Assembly: GCF_963921235.1 (NCBI RefSeq)
Contig: NC_086108.1
Location: 78,804,001-78,868,000, forward strand
DNA from: Mobula hypostoma
Lineage: Eukaryota
Direction of reading: 5' to 3'
DNA length: 64,000 nt
The notes under the pieces were generated by a model, which worked only from the letters and a program-made list of their open reading frames with translations, was not told the origin of the DNA and did not search any database. A program made the translations under genes and the position numbers. Each line of letters starts with the position of its first letter. Within the stretch, counting starts at the first letter, position 1. Shown piece after piece: positions 13,890 through 24,339 of this stretch.

Positions 13890-14510
13890 GACCAGAATAC
13901 AACAGCAAGGATGTAATGCTGAGGTTTTATAAGGCATTGGCCAGACCACACTTTGAGTATTGTGAACAATTTTGGGCTCCTTATCGAAGAAGAGGTGTGC
14001 TGGCATGGGCGAGGGTCCAGAGGAGGTTCAGGAGAATGATCCCATGAATTAAAGGGTTAACATACACGGTGCATTTGATTGCTCTGGGCCTGTACTTCCT
14101 AGAGTTTAGGAGAATGAGGGAGATCTCAGTACAACCTACCAAATATTGAAAGGTCTGGATAAAGTGGATGTAGAGAGGATGTTTCTTATATTGGGGGGAG
14201 TCTAGGATCAGAGGGCACAGCCTCAGAATCGAGGAATGACTCAACAGAGAACAGAGATGTGCAAAAATTTCTTTCGCCAGAGCATGGTGAATTTGTAGCA
14301 TACATTGACACAGACAGCTGTGCACGTCAGGTCATTAGATATATTTAAGGCAGAGGTTGATAGATTCTTGATTAATCAGGGTGCCAAAGGTTACGGGGAG
14401 AAGGCAGGAGAATGGGGCTGAAAGGGATAATAAATCAGTCATGATAGAATGGCGAAGCTGGCTCTATAGACCAAATGGCCTAATTTTGCTCCTATGCCTT
14501 ATGGTCTTAC
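13890..14510 (+). mobile_element. CR1 3' fragment
   Basis: High similarity to the reverse complement of 9971-10600. Ends ctaattttgctcctatgccttatgg. Confidence 0.9.
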
Positions 14511-15410
14511 AACAAGTAGAACAAGCAGTAGGCCATTCTGAGAGCTTCTGGCTGCATTTGCTGATGGCAAGAAGCCACAGCACGAGAAAGAGTGATGACT
14601 TACCCCATTACGCAAAAGCAAAATCATGATTTTGCTAAAATTAGTTGCTCTGATCCTCTTACTTGCTGAACAAAGGACTGTGGTAAAGCAGATTTGTGCC
14701 ATTAAGACCTGACCTCAAGTGCTAACCTGATAGAATGCAGCACGTTTAAAAACAGCCCACCTGATTTATCTATCAAGAACTTTCTTGAAAGTTAAAGCAA
14801 CTTTGTCACAAGGGTTTACACAGAATGAAATTAACCACATGAAGGTAATTATTTCCAGTTAATACACTATTGAAGCTTTCCCTTTCAAAAAAGTCACACC
14901 AATTATTGCTAGAACAGCTGCAGACATTAAATCAATGTTCCCACATTCCTGGGAGCAAAGAGAAATGCTGGAATCAGAGATTTATCTAATTTTAAAACAA
15001 TAAATTTGGAGAGCTTGTGAAACAAAGTGAAAAATCACATTCAGTGGATTCCAGCTAATTGGAACACATTGGAACAAGCACATTTTGGCCCAATTAAGCA
15101 GATGCCCCAATGAGTCAAAGTTTCATGGATATAGTTAAATGGTATAAAAGAGTCAAACTACCATTTAACTAAGTAAGAATTTGTGTCTTCAAGTGAACAG
15201 AGATGAGAAGGAGTTTCATTAGCCAGACAGTGGTGGATCTGTGGAATTCATTGCCACAGATGGCTGTGGAGGCCAAGTCATTGGGTATATTTAAAGGAGA
15301 GGTTGACAGATTCTTGATTAATCAGCGTGTCGAAGGTTATGGGGCTTCATTTAAACTGAACAGCTGACTTATTAAAATTCTAACACAAAACATCTAAGGC
15401 CATTCTTTCA

Positions 15411-15451
15411 ACACACATCAAAGTTGCTGGTGAACGCAGCAGGCCAGGCAG
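15411..15451 (-). mobile_element. 41-bp extreme truncation of a Penelope-like element end
   Basis: Nearly identical to the start of the copies at about 43698 and 61401. Flanked by a 10-bp duplication cattctttca (15401-15410 and 15452-15461). Confidence 0.85.
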
Positions 15452-15669
15452 CATTCTTTCACTCGTGAGACTCACAATACAGAATATAGTTGCTCAGATG
15501 AAGTCCTAAAAATGAAACATTGTCCATCCTGACATTAAGAAACAGTAAGGGGAATAGAGAATTGGTGAGATAGAAAATTAAAGCCCGACATAATCAAGTT
15601 CATTGGAACTCAGTACATGCCCCAGTACACAATCATTTTTTCCATACTCAATCTGATCTAAACCTACTC

Positions 15670-16045
15670 AGAGAGATGCACTAACACTGGCCAAAAATGA
15701 CCAGCACGTTGATGCAATTACAAAGCGGGCATGCTAGCAGATATATTTCATTAGAAGTTTGAGGAGATTTGGTATGTCATCAAAGACTCTAGCAAATTTT
15801 TACCAAAGTACCATGACAGCATTCTGACTGTCTGTACAGGATTGGAAAAAGCTGTAGAGGGTTGTAAACTCGACCTGCTCCATAAAGGGCACCAGACAAA
15901 ATTGAGGACATCTTCAAAAGGCGATGCTTAAGAAGGCAGCATCCATCATGAAGGATCCTCACATAAATGGGAGGTACAGGAGCATGAAAACATACTCAAT
16001 GTTTTAGGAACAGCTTCTTCCCCTCAGCCATCAGATTTCTGAATA
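15670..16045 (+). mobile_element. Rex1-type 3' fragment
   Basis: Matches 47330-47700 (ttcattagaagtttgaggagatttgg..ggaacagcttcttcccctc). Confidence 0.8.
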
Positions 16046-16204
16046 TACTAGACTAGAATATAACAGCAAGGACGTAATGCTGAAGCTTAATAAGGCATTG
16101 GCCAGACCACACTTAGGAATATTGTGAGCAGTTTTGGGTCCCATATTGAAGCAATGATTTGCTCACAATGGACAGGGTCCAGAGGAGGCTCATGAGAATT
16201 ATTC

Positions 16205-17023
16205 CAGACAACCCAGCTCTCCCGGAAGTTCCAGGAGTCTCCGCATATTAATAGTGGCTCCCTGATGCCCACAAATTATATACAATATCATAGAAATCAA
16301 TTTTTTTGAGAGAGAAAGCAAGCAAGTGCGAGACAGACCACGAGAGAGGGGGAGAGAGGGAGGGGGAGAGGGAGGGGGAGAGGGAGGGGGAGAGGGAGGG
16401 GGAGAGGGAGGGGGGAGAGGGAGGGGGGAGAGGCGGGGGGAGAGGGGGGAGAGGGGGGGAGGGGGAGGGGGAGGGGGAGGGCGCAAGAGAGACGTGAGTG
16501 AGAGACAAGAGCACGAGAGCGACTGAGAGAGAGAGAGGGGAGGGGAGAGAGGGAGGGGGAGTGAGGGGAGGGGGAGTGAGGGGAGGGGGAGAGAGGGGAG
16601 GGGGAGAGAGGGGAGGGGGGAGAGAGGGGAGGGGGGAGAGAGGGGAGGGGGGAGAGAGGGGAGGGGGGAGAGAGGGGAGGGGGGAGAGAGGGGAGGGGGA
16701 GAGAGGACGAACGAACCATGGCAGAATATTCCAAAGAAAGAAAATATAAAACGTACGTCACCCCAGACTATGCTAAAGTGTACCCCTGCCTAATAAGGGT
16801 CAAAAATAATGACAGCGTTGCTCGCTGCACTGTTTGCAACAGTGACTTTTCTATTGCCCATGGTGGGTTAAGACTGTAAAAGACATGTTGAGGTGAGTGT
16901 CTGGCCAGCTGCTAAGGAGCTACTCTATTGAAGACATCCCACCTCTCCCGGAAGTTCCAGGAGTCTCCTGCAAATTGATGGTGCTACCTCCCTGAAATGA
17001 GTTTTGGCAGGGTGGGATGTCTG
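16205..17023 (+). mobile_element. Non-autonomous hAT-like DNA transposon (TIR CAGACATCCCACC, 6-bp TSD)
   Basis: Ends cagacaacccagc..ggtgggatgtctg. TSD ttattc at 16199-16204 and 17024-17029. Zinc-finger-like exon 16718-16892 (ARCTVCNSDFSIAHGG..DCKRHVE, one frameshift) followed by a GTGAGT donor. Confidence 0.85.
16343..16705. repeat. GA-rich polypurine low-complexity array inside the hAT-like element
   Basis: Repeated gagggaggggga-type units. Explains the Pro-rich and Gly-rich ORFs. Confidence 0.95.
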
Positions 17024-17049
17024 TTATTCTGGGAATGAAAGGGTTAATG

Positions 17050-17129
17050 CAAGGCTTCCCAACCTGGAATCCACAAACCTCTTGGTTAATGGTAGGAGTC
17101 CATGGCATAAAAAAGGTTGGAAACCCCTG
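17050..17129 (+). mobile_element. 80-bp hAT MITE
   Basis: TIR caaggcttcccaacc..ggttggaaacccctg. Flanking duplication gggttaaYg. Second copy at 50321-50401. Confidence 0.85.
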
Positions 17130-17559
17130 GGGTTAACGTATGAGGAGCATTTGATGGCTCTGGGCCTGCACTAACGGAGTGGAGTTTAGAAGGATGGGAT
17201 CTCATTGAAACTTACTGAATATTGTTAGAGTGGATGTGGAGAGGATTTTTCCTTTAGTGGGAGAGTCTAGGACCAGAAAGCACAGCCTCGGAATAGAAGG
17301 ATGCCCATTTAGAATAAGAGATGAACAGGAGCCAGAGGGTGGTGAATCTGTGGAATTCATTGCTGCAGACTGTTGTGCATGCCCAGTCATTGGTATATTT
17401 AAGGCGGAGGTTGATAGGTTCTTGATTAATTAAGGTGTCAAAGGCTATGGGCAGGGGCGGGGAAGGCGGAAGGATGGGATAATAAATCAGCCATGATGGA
17501 ATCACGGAGCATACTCAATGGCCAAATGACCTAATTCTGCTCCTCTGTCTTATAGTCAT

Positions 17560-18185
17560 GAACCCATTAACACTACCTCACAATTTTCCTCTCATTTTGT
17601 AATATTTATTATTGTAATTTATACAATTTTTTATTTATTGCACTGTACTGTTGCCACAAAACAACAAATTTCATGACATACCGTCTGCCGGTCATAATAA
17701 ACCCGATTCCGATTCTGCATTGGTCCTATGTTCCCTAGCATTCAAAAATCTGTTCATCTTGGTCTTGGAAATACCAAATGATTATATTCCCATTCACAAA
17801 TGGTAATTACTGAGCTGTCATCTATTTTAGTTGTCCTATTATGATTGCCAGTGATGACCTCCATGTAGCTGCCCTTCAAGAATAATGTGTACTCTTCTCA
17901 ACGTTTCAAAGTTAAAAGTAAATTTATTATCAAATTTATTATGTCACCATATACAACCCTGAAATTCATCTTCTTGTGGGCACACTCAATAAATCCAGGA
18001 CAGAATCACTGAAAGACCACACCAACGTGGGCATTCAACCCGTGTGCAAAAGACAGCAAACTGCAAAAACAAAAGAAATAACTAATAACAACAACTAAAT
18101 AAACAATAAATATCCAGAACGAAAGGAAGAGTGAAAGTGAGTCCATTGATTGTGGGAACATTTCAATGATGGGGACAAGTAACTT
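17560..18185. mobile_element. Two Rex1-type 3' UTR tails (17560-17716 plus; 17905-18185 minus)
   Basis: aataaacccgattccgattctg tail. The second part matches 2128-2410. Confidence 0.7.
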
Positions 18186-19122
18186 CTTCAAGCAGCAAGA
18201 ATGAGACTTCTCGACTCGTATTCTGCACAGTAGTCACAGAGAAAATAAATACAGATGCAACGTACAAACATCAGGAAAACTCAAATCATTGGTTACTGAA
18301 TTCAGTAATGGGATGTTCAAAGCTCAGTCATCTCTTATTTAACAAGATACGGCTGGCTGCAAACCACCTTCTCTTTCCTCCACGACCCTCCCCTCATCAT
18401 CCCAGAGACTGATATACAGATCTCGCTTATAGATTTTTGCCTACGTCCACATCAAAGCATCCATAGATAATGATTGTATGACCATTGTATAAGAACAGCC
18501 ACAAAGTTTTGCCAGTTGCTGATCTGAGGGAGATTGGCTTCTAGTGACTGAAGATAAAAATAGTTCCTTTTAGTGATAGCCTTTAATTTACTGGTTTTAA
18601 TTTGGTACAAAGCTGAATGGAAAGGAAATTGTCAAATCTTTAGAGAGTTTTGGATCAAACACGGAAATGATTTTTTAAAAATCTATTTCAGACTCAAACC
18701 AGCATCTTCAATCAAAGGTGCAACATCAAAGGATCTTGTACCAGCAGTGAACAGAAACTTGGGGGTGGGGGGGGGGTTGATTAGTATTCTGTGATGAGAC
18801 GCCTAAACATCACAACAGGAAGCAAAATATTAAGGGCTTGAGCAAGCTGAGTGGTTATATATTTGATTTTAAAAAAACATACTGCACCTCACCTCCCAGT
18901 CCTTGGGATTGTACGTACTAGAACACATTTTAAAAACTGTTGAGGGCAAAAAGACAAATAGAAAGTGTTGGATTAAGTGGTGAAAATAGTGCATGGGAGT
19001 GAAAAGTAATTCAAAGGGACATAAGAAAATGATGATGTTTGTTAGATAGGCAAGAAGTATGATTATGGGAGTGGGAGAAAGATTTTGGGCAACATAGAAG
19101 ATAACCAAGACGAGAACAGCAG

Positions 19123-19124
<2 letters not shown>

Positions 19125-19173
<49 letters not shown>
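19125..19173. repeat. (GT)n microsatellite
   Basis: Directly visible. Confidence 0.99.
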
Positions 19174-19174
<1 letters not shown>

Positions 19175-19286
19175 CCATTTGACAAAAGCAATAAAACTAA
19201 AGGTTATGTGACAGAGGTCAGGGGTTGAGGATGAGGGTCAATGATTAAACAGAGGTGATTATCCTTTAGCAAGTTCCACTTTAAAA

Positions 19287-19570
19287 TGCACTCAGCAGCC
19301 ACTTATTAGGTAGAACCTGGTGTGGTCTTCTACTGCTGTAGTCAATCCATTTCAAGGTTTGACATGTTATGCTTTCAGAGATGCTGCTCTGCACATGACT
19401 GTTGTAACACATGATTATTTGAGATACTGTTAACTTCCTGTCAGCTTGAACTAGTTGGGCCATTCTCCTCTGTCTCTGTCATTACCAAGGTGTTTTCACA
19501 CAGAACTGCCGCTCATTGGATTGTTGTTTTTTTTTATTTTTTGCACCATCCTATATAAATTCTAGAGACT
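19287..19570 (-). mobile_element. Tc1-like transposon deletion derivative
   Basis: ORF MAQLVQADRKLTVSQI..SISESITCQTLKWIDYSSRRP resembles the Tc1 HTH region. Related copy at 44373-44730. Confidence 0.75.
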
Positions 19571-19579
19571 TGTGAGGAA

Positions 19580-20450
19580 GTCTGCAGAAGAACTTAGCCA
19601 TTGAGAAAATGGGGTCATGGGCAAAGAAGTGGCAGATGGAACACAGTAGAGGGAAGTGTACTGTATAGTCATGCACTTTGGTAGAAGGGATAAAGGCATA
19701 GACTACTTTCTAAAGGGGAGCAAATTCAAAAATCAGAGGTGCAAAGGGAAATGGGAGTCCTTGTGAAGAATTCTCTAAAAGTTAACTCGCAGGTTGAGGC
19801 AGTGGTAAGGAAGACAAGTGCAACTTTAGCATTCATTTCAAGAGGACAAGAATCTAACAGGAAGGATGTAATGCTGAGGTTTTCAAAGGGATTAAAGTGT
19901 TGTGAGCAGTTTTAGGCTCCTTATCTAAGAAATGATGTGCTGGCAATGAAGAGGATCCAGGGGAGGTTCATAAGAATGATTTGAGGAATGAAAGGATTAA
20001 CATGATGAGCATTTCTCTGGGCCTGTACTCACTGGAGTTTAGAATAATGAGGGGTGATCTCATTGAAACCTATTGAATATTGAAAAGCTTAGATGGAGTG
20101 GGTGTGGGAGGATATTTTCTATAATGGGTGAGTCCAGTGCCAAAGGGCACAGCCTCAGAATAGCCGGGCATCCATTTAGAACAGAGATGAGGAGGAACTT
20201 CTTTAGCCAGAGGCCAGAGGATATGTGGAATTCATTGCCAGGGACTACTGTGGAGGCCAAGCCACTGAGTATATTTAAAGTGGAGGATGATAGCTCCTTG
20301 ATTAAGCAGGGCATCTAAGATTATGGTGAGAAAGCAGGAGAAATGGGGTTGAGAAGGATAATAAATCAGCCATAGTGATCTATTATTAATGGTGGAGCAG
20401 ACTTGATTGACAAAATGGCCTAATTCTGCTCCTATGTTTTATGATCTTAT
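19580..20450 (+). mobile_element. CR1 3' fragment
   Basis: GESSAKGHSLRI..FRTEMRRNFFSQR..WNSLP and CR1 3' UTR. Confidence 0.9.
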
Positions 20451-20594
20451 GTACGCCTTCTGCAAGACTGTGGAAGAGCTGAAGTTAAAGGTCAAGATCA
20501 TATCACATCGCAGCGAAAGCTCAACAGACATACCTTGTCTGTTACATGACCCTAGCCTGATGAATTCAACCATACTTATCTGGTTGGATTAGGC

Positions 20595-21333
20595 CAGGGG
20601 TCACCAACCTTTTTTACACCACGGACCGGTTTGATATTGACAATATTCTTGCGGACCGGCCGACCGGTGGGGGGGTGGGGGGTGTTAATCACGATCAGAA
20701 TATAGGTGATAAGTCAACTAAGTCCTTTATAAGTGGCTAATACACTCAATTTCATTTTTTAAAGGGTTTATCTAACTAATTTAATATTAAACACACAGCA
20801 CATATTTTCCCCGTATGAACATATAAAATCATTGCAACACACCAATATTGCTGAATCAGTGGGAGCCCTGGGCTTGTTTCCCTGCAACAAGACGGTCCCA
20901 TCGAGGGGTGATGGGAGACAGTGATACTCGAAGGGGGTTCCTTATGTCCAGTCTATTCTGCAATTTAGTTTTCGTTGCATTCATTGCAGAAAAGCCCGCT
21001 TCGCAGAGATATGTTGGAAATGGAAGCAACTTTTTCAGTACTTTCGTGGCTATCTCAGGATATTCAGCCTTGACTTTGATCCAGAATGCCGGCAGAGATG
21101 CTATGTCAAAGATACTTTTCAGCCCACCGCCATTTGCAAACTCGAAGAGTTGATCTTCTTCCCGCGCTAACATGGATGACGCGTGGGTCATGACCTTGCG
21201 TGCGTAATGACCTTGTGTGCGTTCAAGTTCCAACAGTGGGCGTGACAGGGAATGAGGAAAGGTGCAGCTGACCCATATCATTTCCTCGCGGCCCGGGAGC
21301 ACATGCTTTGTGGCCGGTGGTTGGGGACCACTG
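20595..21333 (-). mobile_element. hAT Charlie/Buster-type deletion derivative retaining the C-terminal dimerisation domain
   Basis: TIRs caggggtcaccaacc and ggttggggaccactg. Perfect 8-bp TSD gattaggc (20587-20594 and 21334-21341). ORF FWIKVKAEYPEIA..LLPFPTYLCEAGFS..KQAQGSH. Confidence 0.95.
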
Positions 21334-21854
21334 GATTAGGCTGTGCTGCACTGATCTAAATCAGTTCCTTAGTTTTGTCTGAATGATAAGCTTTAGAGAT
21401 CTTGATATCCAGGAACTTGAAGCTTCTCACTCTTTCCACTGTTGAGCCCACAATGAGAACGGCAGTGCTTATATGCCAACTTCCCCTACCTGAGGCCGCA
21501 ATCAATTCCTTGGTGTTACTGATATTAAATGCAAGGTTGTTATTGCGTCAATACTCAATCAGCTGATCCATCTCACTACTGCACAGCAGGAGATCACGGA
21601 GAGAGTTAGAGATAGTTCCTAGTGGACTTTACATGCCAGCTTTAATAAGAGATCAGTGCCTCTTGGAATGTTTTGGAGAGCCACAACCATAACCATTGTT
21701 TTCACACTTAGCAGGGCCAGTAAAAAGAAATGAGGTGTAAGCAGAGCAGCCAGTGTTACAGCAGTCAGGCTTTGCTCAACAGGCTTAGGCAAAAACAAAA
21801 GCTAGAACTTAAGCTTGAAAAGTTAGAGGCCTAACAAGTGCAGACCGAATGAAA

Positions 21855-22385
21855 GCTTAGGGATGGTTTCCTTAAGGAAAAATCTTGCCTGACAAATCTG
21901 TTGAAATTCTTTGGAGAAATAACAAGCAAGATAGACAAAGGAGAGTCAGTAGGTGTTGTTTATTTGGATTTTCAGAAAACCTTTGACAAGGTGCCACATG
22001 AGGCTGCTTTAACAAGATAAGAGCCCAAGCTATTACAGGAAAGACACTAGGATGGACAGAAGATTGGCTGGAGGCCAAGAGTGGGAATAAAGGGGGAACT
22101 TATTCTGGTTGACTGCCAGTGAGTAGTGGTATTCTGCAAGGTTCAGTATCTGGACCACTTCTTTTCAGATTATATGCCAACGATTTGGATGACGGAATTG
22201 ATGGCTTCATAGCCAAGTCTGCAGATGATATGAAGGTAGGTGCAGGAGCAGCTAGTTCTGAGAAGGTACAGAGCCTACAGAAGGACTTAGACAGATTGGG
22301 AGAATGGGCAATGACGTGGCAGATGGAATATAGTGTAGGCAACTGTATAGTCATGCACTTTGTAGAACGAACAAAGGCATAGACC
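21855..22385 (+). mobile_element. CR1 RT fragment
   Basis: SGILQGSVSGPLLF..SADDMKV. Similar to 10740-11250. Confidence 0.9.
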
Positions 22386-22553
22386 TCTACATTTATGTAT
22401 GTGTGTGCACTTGCCTGGCCGTTAGACACTACACCGTGCTTGGAGTGATCAGTGTTTAAATAGCATGGGCTTATGTTCAAAATGCAGTGATTTTTTGTCA
22501 CTGATAGCTGATGAGATATAAACAATAAGATAATTCACAACTGCTTTGCTCAC

Positions 22554-22856
22554 TGTGGTTTCAAGCACTCAGGCTTGGAGTTTCCAGGAAATGGCCGGGA
22601 ATGGAAATGAAATGATTTCACTACATACTTCAGAAAGTTAGGAATTACGAAGGTATCGGCAATCATCTTGAATGTTACAATGAAAATAAAGATTTGGAGG
22701 ATACAATGGTCTGAAGCACTGTACGAAGGCTGTTCATTATGTGCACTAGGTGTCTGCACTGATTTTATGTTCACATAATCTGTATCCATCAAAAAGAAGC
22801 AGCAGATGAATTCCTCTGTCAATAACTAGCAAGAACTAATACACAGTCTTAAAGTA
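22554..22856 (-). other. Candidate exon of an unidentified host gene (ORF from ATG 22789 open to the splice donor)
   Basis: Non-repetitive sequence. Acceptor ctttacag at 22857 and donor ACA|GTGAGC at 22553. The frame MDTDYV..PECLKP is open for 78 codons up to the donor. No homology recognised. Confidence 0.35.
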
Positions 22857-23150
22857 CTGTAAAGATATTGGTAGCATTCCAATTTTTTTATTTATTTCAA
22901 TAAGTGGTAGTCTTTTTTATATCTTACAACTACTCCCATGGGCTGAATGGGGTAGCATCTCTGATGAAGGGGCTTGCTTGTTGTGACCATTTCAGGGCAG
23001 CTCCCTGCTGGACACTCAACTCTCACCTGCAGCTCCAAGTAGCTGTTTGCATGTGACAGAGACCTCATCTGGTACACCGTTTTGACAGGCAGGCTAAAAC
23101 CAGGTGAGGGCAGCCGGCGGCCTCATACCCTGGGGAGATAGAGACATACC

Positions 23151-23955
23151 TAGAAACACAGAAAACCTACAGCACAATACATGCCCTTTGGCCCACAATG
23201 CTGTGCCAAACATGTACTTACTTTAGAAATTACTTAGGGTTAACAGCACACACAAAATGCTGGTGGAACGCAGCAGGCCAGGCAGCATCTATAGGAAGAA
23301 GTACATTCGGGGTTTCGGGCTGAGACCCTTCATTAGGACTAACTGAAAGAAGAGATAGTAAGAGATTTGAAAGTGGGAGGGGGAGGGAGAGATCCAAAAT
23401 GATAGGAGAAGACAGGAGGGGGAGGGATGGAGCTAAGAGCTGGGAAGTTAATTGGCAAAAGGGATACAGAGCTGGAGAAGGGAGAGAATCATGGGACGGG
23501 AGGCCTGGGGAGAAAAAGGGGGAGGGGAGCACCAGGGGAAGATGGAGAGCAGGTAAGGAGTTATTGTGAGAGGAGATGGTCTTCCCCTATCATTTCGGAT
23601 CTCCCCTTCCCCCTTTCAAATCTCTTACTATCGCTTCTTTCAGTTAGTCCTGACAAAGGGTCTCGGCCCGAAACGTTGACTGTACTTCTTCCTATAGATG
23701 CTGCCTGGCCTGCTGCGTTCCACCAGCATTTTGTGTGTGTTGCTTGAATTTCCAGCATCTGCAGATTTCCTCGTGTTTGTGTTAACAACAGCCCTCTATT
23801 TTTCTAAGCTCCATGAACCTATCCAAGAGTCTCTTAAAGACCCTGTTGTATCCAACTCCACTACTGTCGCTGGCAGCCCATTCCACGCACTCACCACTCT
23901 CTGTGTAAAAAATTTATCCCTGACATCTCCTCTGTAGCTAATCCCCAGCACCACG
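23151..23955 (-). mobile_element. CR1 3' end (hosts a Penelope-like hairpin)
   Basis: Matches the CR1 3' UTR at 38915-39190. Confidence 0.85.
23246..23780. mobile_element. Penelope-like inverted pLTR pair
   Basis: 23246-about 23412 is inverted at about 23579-23742. Each arm carries a hammerhead-like motif. gttaaca on both flanks. Confidence 0.85.
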
Positions 23956-24339
23956 TACCTGTGCTGGTGTGTGAAGTCAGCTCTGACAGACTGGATGGAT
24001 TAGATCTTCAGTAATAGCTAATGACCAGGAAGGTGGTACTCCAACTCTCCACAGAGAGCAAAGGGCATGACAATGCACAGAAGACGTCATGATCATCCAA
24101 TGCAATCAAGGGAGGCCCCAGTTTGTGATTTGCGTTTGTACCGCCAGACCCAGACTCTGAGGTCAAGAGTGGAACTCCCCAGGGCAACAGCCTTTTTACT
24201 TTAAAAACCCTCCCACACAGAAGTGTCATTGTTGGACACAACAGACAACCACCAGTATAACTATTTCCATCAACTTTGACTCACTGGCGCAGTTGCTTAA
24301 TTGGTCCAAAATGTGTATATACACACACACACACACACG

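Larger units (their letters stand above)
16048..17560 (+). mobile_element. CR1 3' fragment hosting two DNA-transposon insertions
   Basis: CR1 sequence at 16048-16204 resumes at 17024-17049 and at 17130-17560. Confidence 0.88.
22936..24255 (+). mobile_element. RTE-derived non-autonomous element (5' UTR-like), interrupted at about 23151-23955
   Basis: 'ggctaaaaccaggtgagggcagccggcggcctcataccctgg..gtgtgaag' resembles RTE/BovB-type 5' UTRs. 'tacct' is duplicated around the insertion. Confidence 0.6.

Noticed and set aside
15042..15190. Possible Tigger-type MITE end
   Set aside because: Only one terminus-like motif is visible, with no matching second TIR or TSD.
16199..16761. Pro-rich and Gly/Glu/Arg-rich ORFs
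   Set aside because: Translations of a GA microsatellite inside a transposon.
20856..21302. Domesticated ZBED/SCAND-type gene
   Set aside because: Only a C-terminal fragment between TIRs and a TSD, and present in two copies.
22960..22985. Hammerhead core ctgatga in the RTE-derived element
   Set aside because: No downstream GAAA or stem II.
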